This document shows, piece by piece, positions 27,521-40,587 of a stretch of DNA of 64,000 nt (its first letter is position 1; every line of letters starts with the position of its first letter). This stretch comes from Octopus vulgaris. Its lineage: Eukaryota. The notes beneath the pieces are model-generated. The model saw only the letters and a program-made list of their open reading frames with translations, was not told the origin of the DNA and ran no database searches. The stretch is taken from contig OX597824.1 in assembly GCA_951406725.2 (NCBI GenBank), forward strand, positions 63,674,001 through 63,738,000, in the 5' to 3' direction. The position numbers and the translations under genes were made by a program.

Positions 27521-29752
27521 GTGGATCTTTTCGCGGGCGCTTGTCAGCGTGCATTGGAGCGGTTCAACTTCTCCAGGCGCCAACGCCGCCTCAACATCTC
27601 CCCGGCTGAGCTCTTGGCTCTTCGTTCCCTCCAACGGCGCGCTGACATTATCATCAAACCGGCTGACAAGGGTGGAGCTGTAGTGGTGTGGCGCGCGGAC
27701 CTCTATAGGGCCGAGGCTTTCCGCCAACTCAATGACACCTCCTTCTATTCCCCTCTGCCCTCTAACCCCACACGTAGCTACCAACAGACGGTATCCTCTA
27801 CTGTCCAAGACCTCATCTCGTCCTCCCGTCTCCCCCGCACCGCATCCAACCTAATTGTGCGAACCCCACGTACCCCCACCATTTACTTCCTCCCCAAAAT
27901 CCACAAACCCAACAACCCTGGCCGCCCCATCGTCTCCGCCTGTAACTGCCCCACGGAGCTCATCTCTAAATACCTCGCCCGTGTCCTTGCCCCCCTAGTG
28001 GCATCTCTTCCCTCCCACATCCACGATACCAACCATGCTCTCCGGCTTTTCAACTCTTTCTCCTTTCCTCCCGGCTCCTCGAAAATCCTTTTTACTATGG
28101 ACATCCAAAGCCTCTATACTGTTATCCCTCACCACGAAGGACTGCAGGCCCTTCGACACTTTCTTGACCTCCGCTCTAACCCTGTACCTGACACCTCCAC
28201 ACTCATTCGTCTGGCCGAACTTGTCCTTACTCTGAACTGCTTCTCGTTCGCGGGCGAGTTCTACCATCAGGTCTCGGGAGTGGCCATGGGAACGCGAATG
28301 GGCCCCAACTATGCGAACCTGTTCGTTGGCTATGTTGAGCCCCAAATATTCTCTAATTTCACTGGTCCCACTCCTGAACTATATGGTCGTTACATTGACG
28401 ACATTATCGGTGCCACCTCACTCTCCCGCGAACATCTAGATTCCTTCCTCTCTTTCGTCCAATCTTTCCATCCAGCCCTCCACTTCACTTCCACTATCTC
28501 CAACACCTCTGTCTCCTTCCTCGACATTTCGGTTAGCATTCTTCACTCCACTCTTACCACCTCCATTCACTACAAACACACAGACTCACACTCATACCTC
28601 AACTTCTCTTCCTCCCACCCAGAACACACCAAGCTTTCCATCCCCTATTCCCAATTCCTCCGTCTACGTAGGCTCTGTAGTGACGACCATGACTTTGAGA
28701 CTCAGTCTCAACGTATGGCTCACCACTTCACCCTACGTGGATACCCCCTCACCACTATCCACACCGCCCTTGCCAGAGCACGGTCCGTGGACCGTGTATC
28801 TGCTCTCTCTCCCCGAACCCGCCCTGTAGTCTCCCGCCTCCCATTTCCCCTCACTTACCACCCCACGACCCTATGTCTCCAACGCACCATTCTTCGAGCT
28901 TTCCGTCATCTCCAGTCCGACCCGTCCACTTCACACCTCTTCCCTAACCGACCCCTCCCCTCTTTCAAACGAGCCCACAACCTTCGAGACCTTTTGGTCC
29001 ATAGCTCCTTCCCTGACCCTACCTCCCAACCCGGCTCGTTCCCCTGCTCCCGCCCACGTTGCCGCACTTGCCCTTACCTCTCCAACACCACCCGCCTCAC
29101 TAGCACCCACCATCGACCCTATCCCATCATCCACTCCTTCACCTGCACCTCCAGCAATATTATCTATTGCATCTCTTGCTCTCTCTGCAATTCCTTGTAC
29201 ATCGGACAAACGGGACGCCGCTTGGCTGACCGGTTCGTGGAACACCTTCGTGACATCCACCTTGCGAACGACACACCGGTCTCACGCCATTTCCGCTCCA
29301 CCGGTCACTCCTTGCAACACCTATCTGTGTTCGGTTTGTCCTTACACAGAGGCCATCCGGATTCCCGTTTGCGCCGTGAACAGGAATTAATCTTCTCTCT
29401 TCGCTCTTATACGCCATTTGGTCTCAACTCTCCCCCCTCCTCATCTAACCCCCCTCTCCCTCTCCTCACCTATCCTTTCTCCCCGACCCCTACTTCTTCA
29501 GTCCTTCATCCTTTCACCCCTACTCCCCTTCCCTTCTTCCCTCTTTCTCCCTCCCTCTTCCCCTTCCCTCTGCTCCCTCACTCCCTCTCTCCCCTTCTCT
29601 CTCCCCTCTCCCTCTTTCCTCCTTCATCCCCCTCCTCCCCCATCCTCTCCTCTTCCCCCTATCCTTCCCCTCCCCCTCTCCCCCCTCTTCTCCCCCTCCC
29701 CCTCTTCTCCTCACTACACCACATGACTTTACACACATCACATCACATATGA
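27521..29752 (+). CDS. PLE reverse transcriptase / GIY-YIG endonuclease polyprotein (5'-partial; true stop probably near 29448)
   Basis: KPADKGG, LPKIHKP..GRPIVS, MDIQSLYT, GVAMGTRMGPNYANLF, RYIDD, FLD, Zn finger CSRPRCRTC, NIIYCISCSLC..LYIGQTGRRLADRFVEH, PFGLN. The ORF begins at GTG directly after the GATA tract, with no real start codon. Confidence 0.9.
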   Translation: MDLFAGACQRALERFNFSRRQRRLNISPAELLALRSLQRRADIIIKPADKGGAVVVWRADLYRAEAFRQLNDTSFYSPLPSNPTRSYQQTVSSTVQDLISSSRLPRTASNLIVRTPRTPTIYFLPKIHKPNNPGRPIVSACNCPTELISKYLARVLAPLVASLPSHIHDTNHALRLFNSFSFPPGSSKILFTMDIQSLYTVIPHHEGLQALRHFLDLRSNPVPDTSTLIRLAELVLTLNCFSFAGEFYHQVSGVAMGTRMGPNYANLFVGYVEPQIFSNFTGPTPELYGRYIDDIIGATSLSREHLDSFLSFVQSFHPALHFTSTISNTSVSFLDISVSILHSTLTTSIHYKHTDSHSYLNFSSSHPEHTKLSIPYSQFLRLRRLCSDDHDFETQSQRMAHHFTLRGYPLTTIHTALARARSVDRVSALSPRTRPVVSRLPFPLTYHPTTLCLQRTILRAFRHLQSDPSTSHLFPNRPLPSFKRAHNLRDLLVHSSFPDPTSQPGSFPCSRPRCRTCPYLSNTTRLTSTHHRPYPIIHSFTCTSSNIIYCISCSLCNSLYIGQTGRRLADRFVEHLRDIHLANDTPVSRHFRSTGHSLQHLSVFGLSLHRGHPDSRLRREQELIFSLRSYTPFGLNSPPSSSNPPLPLLTYPFSPTPTSSVLHPFTPTPLPFFPLSPSLFPFPLLPHSLSPLLSPLSLFPPSSPSSPILSSSPYPSPPPLPPLLPLPLFSSLHHMTLHTSHHI
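29428..29712. repeat. Polypyrimidine (C/T-rich) tract in the PLE 3' region
   Basis: About 285 nt almost devoid of purines on the + strand. Confidence 0.9.
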
Positions 29753-29760
29753 TGTGCCAT

Positions 29761-30100
29761 ACTAATACACACACCAACTAATACATACTAATACGTACTA
29801 ATACATACTAGTACATACTAATACATACACCAACCCTATACATACACACGTCCAGACCCCGCATACGCACTTATACTCTCTCATACACACACACACACAC
29901 ACTTATACATACCAATACGTACTAATACATACTAATACATACTAATACATACACCAACCCCATACATACGCACGTCCAGACCAATCCTACGCACTAATAC
30001 TCTCTCATACACACACACACACACACACACACCCTTATACATACTAATACATACACCAACCCTATACATACACACATCCAGACCCCTCCTACGCACTATT
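29761..30100 (+). repeat. Minisatellite: ACTAATACAT 10-mers nested in three ~100-125 bp units
   Basis: actaatacatacaccaaccc.atacatac.cac.tccagac..tacgcact recurs at about 29817, 29941 and 30043. Confidence 0.8.
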
Positions 30101-30269
30101 AGCTGGTCCCTCAACCCTTTTATCAACCCTATTATCTCCCCTCATTTCGCTCTCGCGTCTCATGTTTGATCTTTGACCTCTGGCCGAAATCAGATCGCCA
30201 TGTTGATTCGTTAGCTACTGCACGCATTTTTTTTCTCTCCTTCTTTCTGTGTTTTTCTCTCTCTGTGTA

Positions 30270-30307
30270 TCTTTCTGTTGAAGAGCGTAGGCTCGAAACG
30301 TTAAAGA
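30270..30307 (+). ncRNA. Hammerhead ribozyme variant in the PLE 3' pseudo-LTR
   Basis: tcttt-CTGTTGAA-gagc(gtag)gctc-GAAA-cgtt-aaaga: 5-bp stem I, 4-bp stem II, palindromic AACGTT stem III; non-canonical core. Confidence 0.65.
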
Positions 30308-30405
30308 CTTGTTTTATTTATATTTCCTGAGCGCCATACTAATACAATTGTTCGTTTGTTTTCCACCTGCCTTCGTCTTTTGTTTATTTTCATAAAGCTT
30401 CCCGT

Positions 30406-30490
<85 letters not shown>

Positions 30491-30656
30491 GGATTCATTG
30501 ATAGATAGATATGATGGAATCACACAGGGGCAGTCGTCATATACTGTGCATACTGGCCATTTTAAAACTGGAGTTTGACAGTTGATATTGTTTAGTGATG
30601 AGAGCGAGCGAGAGAGAGACTGTAAAAGTGAAGACAAACCGATTCCAGTAGTATAC

Positions 30657-31575
30657 TGTCAGGTCGTCAAGTATGAAATTTGTAGAAAAGAAAATAAAGT
30701 TTGCTGATGTTCTTTAAATACAAGGAATTGTTATATTCATGAAAGGATGCAACCATATTGTCAATACACTTTTGCCATTTCAGCTGTAGCTTGTCCAGCC
30801 CGGAATTGTAAAATCCTGGCAATCTAGAGTCAATAAAATCTTCGAAGGCTTGTTTTAGAGCATCGTCGGAATTAATTTTTTTTTTCCTATCAAAATGTTA
30901 TCCAAATTCTAGAAGTGGTCGTCAGTGGAGGCAGGATCAGATGAGTATCGTGGATGATGGATAATTTCCAACTCCAACTCCTCTAGTTTCGCCAATGTCA
31001 TTTTTGCGATGTGTGGTCTGGCGTTGTCTTGCAATAAAATAGGAGTGGATCTGTTGACTAATCTAGGCTGTTTTTTTTTTCTTTTTGCAAGTTTCTGCAT
31101 CATTTGATCCAGTTGGCTGCAATTTAGTTCGGCCGTGATTGATGAGCCAGGTTTAATGAGCCAGACAACCAAACACACACCATTAGCTTCTTGTGAGGAA
31201 TTTTGCTTTTTGGACTGTGTTTTAGTGGCTCGTCTTTATCCAACCATTGTACTGAACGTTTACAGTTGTGTTGAATCCATTTCTCATCACATGTTAGAAT
31301 TCGATTCAAAAATTATTCATTTTTGTGACGCGAAATTAGCATAATGCAGGCTTCCAAAAGTTGCTGTTTCTGATTTTCATTGAGTTCATGTGGAACCTAC
31401 TTATCCACCTTTTCAACTTTACCAATTTGAACTAGGTGAATCAATATTGTCTGATTGCTAATAGCAAACAACACCGACAATTCAAGGGTACTTTGAGATT
31501 GATCTGACTCGATGGTGGCTTTCAGTTCGTCTTTATCCACCTTTGTTTCTGGTCTACTGCATGGCGAAATTTTGT
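30657..31575 (-). mobile_element. Decayed mariner (DD34D) transposon, transposase pseudogene
   Basis: RILTCDEKWI, ILLQDNARPH, HPRYSSDPASTDDHF (YSPDLAP motif) and C-terminal GLDKLQLKWQKCID; multiple frameshifts; TIR-like end near 30657. Confidence 0.88.
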
Positions 31576-32556
31576 AAACCAATTTGGTACTGTATTCTGT
31601 AACATTAGAATGGCTTTTTGCACAGGCGAGAAAAAACCACCTCAGTTCATATCGCTGAAAATTATTGATTGTCCATGGTTGTTGCCACCCGCGATGTTTG
31701 AAGTTATATATTTTCCTTTGCATAACAGCAATGTTCTGTTCGGGAAATTCTAATATTATTCAAGATGTTATTATTATACATGAGATAGTTGGGAATGTGA
31801 TGTCAGTACAACATTTCTAGATACGTTTATGCTATATATAGAATTGTACCATATTATTTTTCTGTATCTGAATTTTGTGCATTTAGTTTTCAGTGCAGGC
31901 TTAATTTCTGAATTTCCTTTTGTTATATAAACCTTTACTCGTCAGGTGTACAAACACTCTTAATATTTGATACCAAAATGTTCATATTTGATGGCCAATT
32001 TCCTCTATGGTTTTAAAAAAACTGGCTCAGACTTCCAGGTGGTATAATCAGAAATCTTTCAGCAGGGAAAATGTTAACCTTCGAAAAGCGGGTGCCCAAT
32101 TAACATTTTTTGCTCTCACATCCGGAACAATTTTCATATGCATTAGTGAATATTTTGTTGCCCGATAGTGCAAGGAGGATAATTTTACGAAAACAAATTG
32201 TCAGGAATCCGTGAACATATTCATTTGAACGATTTTTTTTTCTGTTTGATTCGTAACCTACTAATTTGACAGAATGTATTTACTTGCAAAATATATTTGA
32301 ATATACACAGGGTTGGCTGAAAGCGTTAATATAATTCATATTTCCTTCGCAATATCTTCGCCGTATGGGGTGTAGGTGTGGCTCTGTCTTTATTCAATTC
32401 ATTAGAACAACCTGATTCCAACCCTGATACTTCTAATAATATCTTGAGGAAGCGTCATTTAATACGACACTTGTTTATCAATATGATCATACAAGTGAAA
32501 CTTGACAAACGGAAACTGTATAGAAGCCCACCAAAGTTTTCAGCTTTAATGAAAAG

Positions 32557-32674
<118 letters not shown>

Positions 32675-32748
32675 CACACACATCTACATATATATATACA
32701 TACGTACACCCACACATATGCACATATATATGCATACATAGATACATG

Positions 32749-32802
<54 letters not shown>

Positions 32803-33956
32803 GTAGAAATATGTTACGAAAAGAAAATATAGAAAATACACGTGGAAATGTAAGGGTAAAATATGAAAAATCAACGAAAATGCATATTGCAAATAAAAAA
32901 AGGCTAATTATGACAGGTAAAAACAAATATATACATTTAGATTGACTGAGGTAGTAATACGAGTCATAAAAGTCATTATTATGAGATGATTATAAGATGA
33001 TAATAAAGTAAGAGAACAAATATACTCATATATACACGTATATGGGGGTATGTGGGTGAATGAATATATCTATGAATGGATGGATAGATGTATGGATGGA
33101 TGTGCCTCATTCACAGATATATATCTGCGAAAGTTATAAGCATCGGCTAGAAAATCGAATAGTTGTTATTTTACGAACAAAATCCAATATATCTATTTTG
33201 CATCAAGTTACAGTCAGTTATTTAAAACTATCACATCAATTTCTTTTTGTTGTAATCAAAGCTTCCACGTATCAATAACAGCTAGCCATATGATTTCTGA
33301 AATATAATGAAGAATACACAGGCTGGAAAGCTTTAGCTAAATATATCACCAGGAATGTAGCACAAGAGACTTCAAAGGCCCAAATTCTTTGTAAGATGCT
33401 GGTATTGATTTCTAACAGTCGTACAAGACCAATAATTATTAGAGGAAATGTTTAGTCGATTAAAATGATTGTTGTGCATGGCTAGTATTTATTATATGGA
33501 CCTTGGAGGTATAACAGGCAAAATGAGAATACACATAAAGGTAATAATGAAATAGCTAGAAGGTAAATAGATGGATAAATACTGATGGTATATTTTATTG
33601 AACTAGAGAGTTAAGGCGGGTGGGTGGGGCTGGAATGAATCAGACTGACAAGCAGTGAGTTCCAGAGACAGTGAGGCAAGATGAATGAAAAGAAATCATA
33701 GTAAAAACAATGGCTGGATAAACAGATAAGATAGATAAGTAGATGTATAAGGAAGGTAATTAGGTAGATAGGTAGGTAAGTAGGTAAGTAGCTAGGTAGG
33801 AAGGTAGGTAGGTAGGTAGGTAGGTAGGTAAGTACATACGTAATAACACGTTAGACACGTACATAAGTAGCTAGTTATATAGATACAGGAATAGGTGGGT
33901 AGATAAATATATACATAATTAGGTGGGAAAATACGTAGATATGTAGCAAAATAGAT

Positions 33957-34007
<51 letters not shown>

Positions 34008-34486
34008 GGCAGACTGGCATACATACAGAGAGACAGAGTGGGCTGAGAGGGAAAGTGCACTGTAGCGAATGTCGACAAGGGGATACTTAAAACAATGAAG
34101 AGGCACAGGGGAAAAAGAGAGCAAACAAATGGCGAAAGATAAATAACGATAGAAATAGAAAAGTTTGAGTTGTCTGTATTTGTATGTGGTCGGAAGAGAT
34201 GGAGAAAGGAAGATTAATTGAGAAGATACAAAGCAGTAAATCAAAATCATTTGTAAATGTCTTGCTCAGAGACTCTTCTTTCAGCTCAAAGGTGTTCCAT
34301 GAAACTCTGAGGTTTATAAATATATTCTATATTCTGCACATTAGGATGCTTACGAGTACATATCAGTACTTCTGAAGTATTTTTAAACTTTTGACCCTTT
34401 TTCTTATATACTGACATCTTTTTCACGCCTACATGCTACGATTCAGCAAAATTAATACACCACAAGTACAAGTGTATGTATACACT

Positions 34487-34554
<68 letters not shown>

Positions 34555-34619
34555 TATACATGTACATATACATATATACATATGTATGTGCGTATATGTA
34601 TATATATATGCATATATAT

Positions 34620-34940
34620 ATATGGTGATTTCGTATCAACAAAAACAGCGCATCACCTTGCAGTTAGGACCGAGTTAGAATTTTCTTCAAGTTGAGTAGC
34701 CAATCCTGCTCAAAAGGTCTCTGAATAAAGTTTGTTTAATGACGGTCAATGAAACACCCATGTTTCCAGAGATGAGCTATTGAAACAGCGAATAATTCCT
34801 CTCACAGCATGGCTATGATGTTCCCCCACAACCGTTTATCTTCAGAGATGCGCATATCATCAGACACTAAAGGGCACACTCAGTAAGAGACATGCTCAAA
34901 CAACTGAGAAGCACATCTGTGGCATTGAGTATTAATATTG
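34620..34940 (-). mobile_element. Partial decayed copy of the (TAA)n-tailed non-coding repeat (family D)
   Basis: Shares agttagaattttcttc..gctcaaaaggtc.ctgaataa..catgtttcc with 51687-52195. Confidence 0.7.
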
Positions 34941-35239
34941 TTATTGCTAATATCATTATTGTTATCATTATTTAAAACGATTTTATTTGGCTCCATGTTA
35001 CTTAATGTTTCGTTTGTTTATAACAGAAACATACCTCGAGCAGGTTCGAATAACCGAATGGAGAGATAAAGGAAGTTCAACGTAGCTGCTGCAAAATAAG
35101 ATGGGATGCTATTAGTCGTGGTGTTGTTAAGTGATATTGGTAAATCAGCGACACCAGATGCACTAGAAAGTGGAATTAATTGTGTAGCATGGCTGGACAG
35201 GAACCTGGTGGCGTCTAGATGTTTGCTCCCAAGTGAAGG

Positions 35240-35282
<43 letters not shown>

Positions 35283-35899
35283 TGAGAGAGAGAGAGAGAG
35301 AAAGAGGGGATGTGTGTATGTGTATATGTATATGTGTGTGTATATATCTATGTGTGTGTGGATGTGGAGTACATTATTGGTTGAATGAGTTTACGTATAT
35401 GAGTGTGCGAATATGGGCGCGTTAATGCCTGGTGCATACGCGTATGCGCTCGGACGAGTTTCGGATACATGCATGGGACTGAGTACGTAAGTATGTAGTC
35501 TTGTATTTGTGTATGAGTGCATGCGTATTTGTTTGGAACAGCATGTATGCGTACGTGAGTTTGTTTTTAGTCTGAGCATGTGTGTGTATATATTCATGCT
35601 TTGGCATTTGTACGCGCAGGCGTACAAATGTAAGGTAGTGAAGTTGAAACAGTTTTGCTAGAGGGAGTATGGAATAGACGTTCGACCGAGATTTGGTGGC
35701 GTATACAGGTGAAAAGAGAGGGGGTTAAAATTATACTACATAGTCGTGAATATGAGTGTGTGTGCGCGCGCGATTATATATATTCGTATGTGAACATAGA
35801 TGTGTATGTGTTTGCGTGCGAGGTCCATGTTTATAGAGGCGAATGTAGGGGTTGCAGGGAGTGGCATAAGGCTGTGAAGTCGATCTGCGGTTTGCGTAG

Positions 35900-36620
35900 T
35901 CATTGCTGGTTAGGAAATCTGTTTTTGGTTGCGAGGCAACCAGAGTTGAGGAGAAGCCAATATTAAGCTGGTATATTTGAGTTGTCAGCAGCCAGTGGCT
36001 TGAAGTTCACCAGGAGGACATGAAAATGTGCAGTCTTTCGCAGAGCTGAGTTGACATTTGCAGGCGCCGAGTGAGTAGGGTAGGGCCCAGTTCATTCGAT
36101 GTTAGGGCTTTCATTTCGGAAGTCTCGGGGCCTCCCTTGAAAATGAGATAACGAGGTGAAAATTTGTCTATTCCTGCATACAAGCGAGTGCATATGCCGC
36201 CTGTTCCTTCTCTTGAAGGCGTTGGCCGTCATGCCCGAGTAGTGCCTTGTAATGCCCACTTATAGTGTGAGGGTGCTTCTGTAGATTACAGCTCTTGAGA
36301 GACAGGATCCCCCTAGAAAGAATCTGGTGGGATTTTGACAATTACAAGGGTTGGCGATTGTGCAAGTGCATATTCTTATCAGTTTTAGCGTACAATGTTA
36401 GAAGTATTATTATCTAGGCAAGAATAGGTCACTTTGAGGTTATGTAGGTTTTAGAGCTTATAGTGATTGTGGCACCCGGAGAAATACTTCTTAACCAATG
36501 ACTGGAAATCCGTGGCTACGTTGGTGGAAACCTTTAAGTTAAATAGAGGATTAAAGCAGATTAGTTTTCTCTTTACGGTCCTCTTTGGGTGCGGGTCGGT
36601 GTGAGCCAGGTCTTTACCAA
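35900..36620 (-). mobile_element. Decayed Naiad-type Penelope-like element, thumb/linker plus GIY-YIG region
   Basis: KRKLICFNPLFNLKVSTNVATDFQSLVKKYF, LKVTYSCL, PCNCQNPTRFFLGGSCLSRAVIYRS, YSGMTANAFKRR and PYSLGACKCQL match the CxC-type PLE GIY-YIG signature. Confidence 0.75.
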
Positions 36621-38904
36621 ACACTACAAGTGCAGCGGCCGCAAATTTTGATATCATTCAAATTGTACATTTGCTTTTGTCTATAATTTACAAACACGGG
36701 TAACATATATTTGTATTTTTGTTTACTTATTCACATTTCAAAATCTATCGTTGTCGTTGATGTTGTTGCAATTATCGCTGAGAATCAGTAAATCAGAATA
36801 TTGAAATTAAAGTTTTGCAAATTCGATATTCAAACAAGAGCAGAAAATTTTAAAAACTGTATTGATGTCACTTTGTTACCGATCGCCATGTAAAATGTTC
36901 TGTTACTTCTGGAGATGGTGCAGCCCACTTTCAGCAAAACTAGATTATGTATTTAAAGGGTTTTGTGGTTCCAATCTTCACCAACCCTGATCTAGTAGAA
37001 CCTTGACACAGAGATTGTAGTGAAGTCGTCGAGGCATGGTCATCATTGCGGTCTTCCGATAGACTTGTCTTTGTCACAAGAAAATACTACATATCCTTCT
37101 AATATACTATTGATTATATTATAGAATGCAGGACATTAGTTTGGAAACACACAAATACACACACAGAGACACGCACAATCACGATATTTAATCTGAATTA
37201 AAATGTTTGTAGGTTATGGTTGGGGACTATAACAGAGGTAAGCAATATGAACTTTGTCGTTACCCAATATTTTCTCTTCCTTGGCATTTATGTCTAGTGG
37301 AATGCATCTCAGCAAAATACCTAGAGCTTAAAGATATTCATCCTTCTTAACTAAGCAAACAAAATGTTGAAATTCTTGTCTTAAAAGCAGGAAAATACAT
37401 AATCTTCTTGTTTGTTTTTACTGTAACAATAGGAATATGTCTCATGATAGAAATTGATAAGATAAGAATATACCAAGATATTCCACGTTGAGTAAGAATG
37501 TTGACCAACGTATACACATGGTTATAGGCCTCAAATACATGACAGTACAGTGGGATGTTCTTAAAAGTAAAAGTTCAGATATCATGCTATGATCATCATT
37601 ATTTTGGTAGCAGCGGTGTATGGTAGTATGGTGGTGTTATCTAAATAATAGCGAATAGTTTCCATATTATTGATATATTTCCAATGCACTTTGATCCCGC
37701 ATAATTTCCCAATTATATTCAATTAAATTCTTGGTCAATACTTCGCATAATTATAAACTGCATGACCAATTTAGTAGAGCATAATTTAAGTTGATTATTT
37801 CTCCCACAATCTGTGACCGCCCTGGCTATGATGAAGTGGTTAATTTGTTTGAATCTTAGCCGGTTTAATTTTCATATACAGAGAGAGAACAGCGAAGTTT
37901 TTAAAATTACATTTCACACAAATTAAAAGTAACATCAACTACATTGCAACCAGTAATAAAACCGCAAAATGATGCCAGTAGTATTCGTATTGTTGCAATC
38001 GGTTTCCTCAGCGTTCTGCCTTGTGTTGCCGTTAATTGAGACAGAACAATACAACCATTTCATAAGTATTTATTCGTAGTGGTTCTGACTACCGCATTAG
38101 TAGTTATATCGATGTTGATTTAATGGTGGAGTTTTGGTGGGGAAAATTATAGTAATAGTGCAAATTTCAGCGACGGTAGTGTATATAGTTGCTTGTGTTA
38201 GTAATAGATGCAGCAATAGAGGTAAAAGCTAAACAGTACAATGACCGCCAGACGAAACCCGATGTTTATTCAATCCATTTTGTTATTTTAGAATGAAAAG
38301 TGTTTAGTTGGCAACACGGAATTTCAGACTATACAAAGTAAAAGCGTGTTTATCGCGATGTCTACTGTTGATTGATATGTGCAGATTTCTCGTAATGTCT
38401 TTGGAGATAATAGACGAAAGAAGAATCACTAACATTAGCCACTTACTATCTCCATTTCTCTACGCTGACATCAATATAATTTATGTCTTTCAGTTAAACT
38501 TTCCATCAATTTGTGTTTAAAGCCGAGACAATTGAAGATGCCAAGTTCAAATAGATACGACTCAAACCTGATTAAGATCAATAATACTTCCAACCACTTG
38601 AAATATAGATGACCAATCAAATAAACCTAATTTTACACTGTATGTGTGTGTGTGTGTGTGTGTAAATGTATACACACACACATACATGTATGCCTACTAA
38701 ATCATATATACCTTTATATGTTTATATATTAAGCAACACACTTATACTCACACATATAATACTCTCTCATCCACCACTTTCAAATTAGTTTTCGTGTACG
38801 CTAATGAATTTCCTTCACATTACGGTTATAATTTCAATGGATTTACATACGATAGCCTGCAATTAACTGCGTCACTATGTGTGCGCGCGCGTGTATACAT
38901 ATAC

Positions 38905-38974
<70 letters not shown>

Positions 38975-40156
38975 TGTGTATATATAAAAATATATAGGTA
39001 TATAATGTATGTATATATATGTGTGAGTGTGTGTGTGTGTATACATTATGAATGTAATGCACTTACGCAATGCACACACTCATAAACACACACACATACA
39101 GACATCTACTTACATATTGACCGAGTCTAAGTGGGAACTAAGCAGAAATCACTTTATATTCATTTCCGACAACTGATATCTAGACTAAAATGTCTTTCTG
39201 ATAAAAAGTAAATAAAATGAACATAGAGAAACAATGTTGTAAATATTAGAAATTCAAATGATTCTTTTTAATGACATGTGATGCAAACAGCATCACTCTA
39301 ACATAAACAAATTATCAACACAATTGACGAGGTCAAAATTCTATTATCTGTATAAGAAACGTAAACATAGCGTAATGGCAAGTTTTGTTGGCGGCCAAAT
39401 TGAGAATCTGAGTTTCTAAAAGATATTTAACAACGAAGACAGCAACAAAAATAAAGCAGTAAAAATAAATGTATCTAATATGTGGACAAGGTTTGCATTT
39501 TGTTGGATGAGAGCACTCGATTAAATGGACTGCATATTATGGCTGGTACTTTCTTTTAGCGATTCCAGAATGATTAATGACATAATTGGCCTCGGCAGGC
39601 TTGGAACTCGGACGGATTAAAGACCAGAACAAATGATGCAAGTGATGGTGATGGCAGTGGTAATAGTGGTGGTTATTGGTCGTTGTGGTTGCGCTGGTTT
39701 TTTCTCGGGCTGGCGGTATCGTGTTTTGTATGGCGTAATATGTTGCAATTGTTGCTTTTTTTTGTTCTTGCATGGTGATATTGCGAGTGAATATTGTAGC
39801 TCTATGGCCAATAAAAGAATCATGAAGCTTAGAACTTCTATAGTGAAATTTATAAAAGGTATACATATATGTATATGTATGCCTTAATCGTGTATTTACA
39901 CGAATTCCTGTACCTATATACTCATGTGTAAGTATGCCTCTACACACGTATGATTAAACATATATACACTCTTCTCCATATTAGATCATATTTTGTGTAA
40001 ATTTTTTACACTTCCGTGTACCCTTCTACTCGTAGTATTTTCTTATATCTATACTTGCACGGCACCCCTACAACTCGAATACCATTACGACCATACTGCC
40101 ATTCTATATGATTCTTACATATTACTAAGCTGGATTAATACCTCTGGAATAGTCTT

Positions 40157-40587
<431 letters not shown>

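Larger units (their letters stand above)
27521..30405 (+). mobile_element. Penelope-like retroelement (Neptune-type), 5'-truncated, inserted in (GATA)n
   Basis: RT plus GIY-YIG ORF, long 3' UTR with a hammerhead variant at 30270-30307, and (GATA)n on both flanks. Much more GC-rich than its surroundings. Confidence 0.92.

Noticed and set aside
35900-36620. Selenocysteine recoding in the Naiad-type fragment
   Set aside because: The Cys positions I could read use TGT/TGC or ordinary point mutations; no in-frame TGA at those sites and no SECIS was seen.
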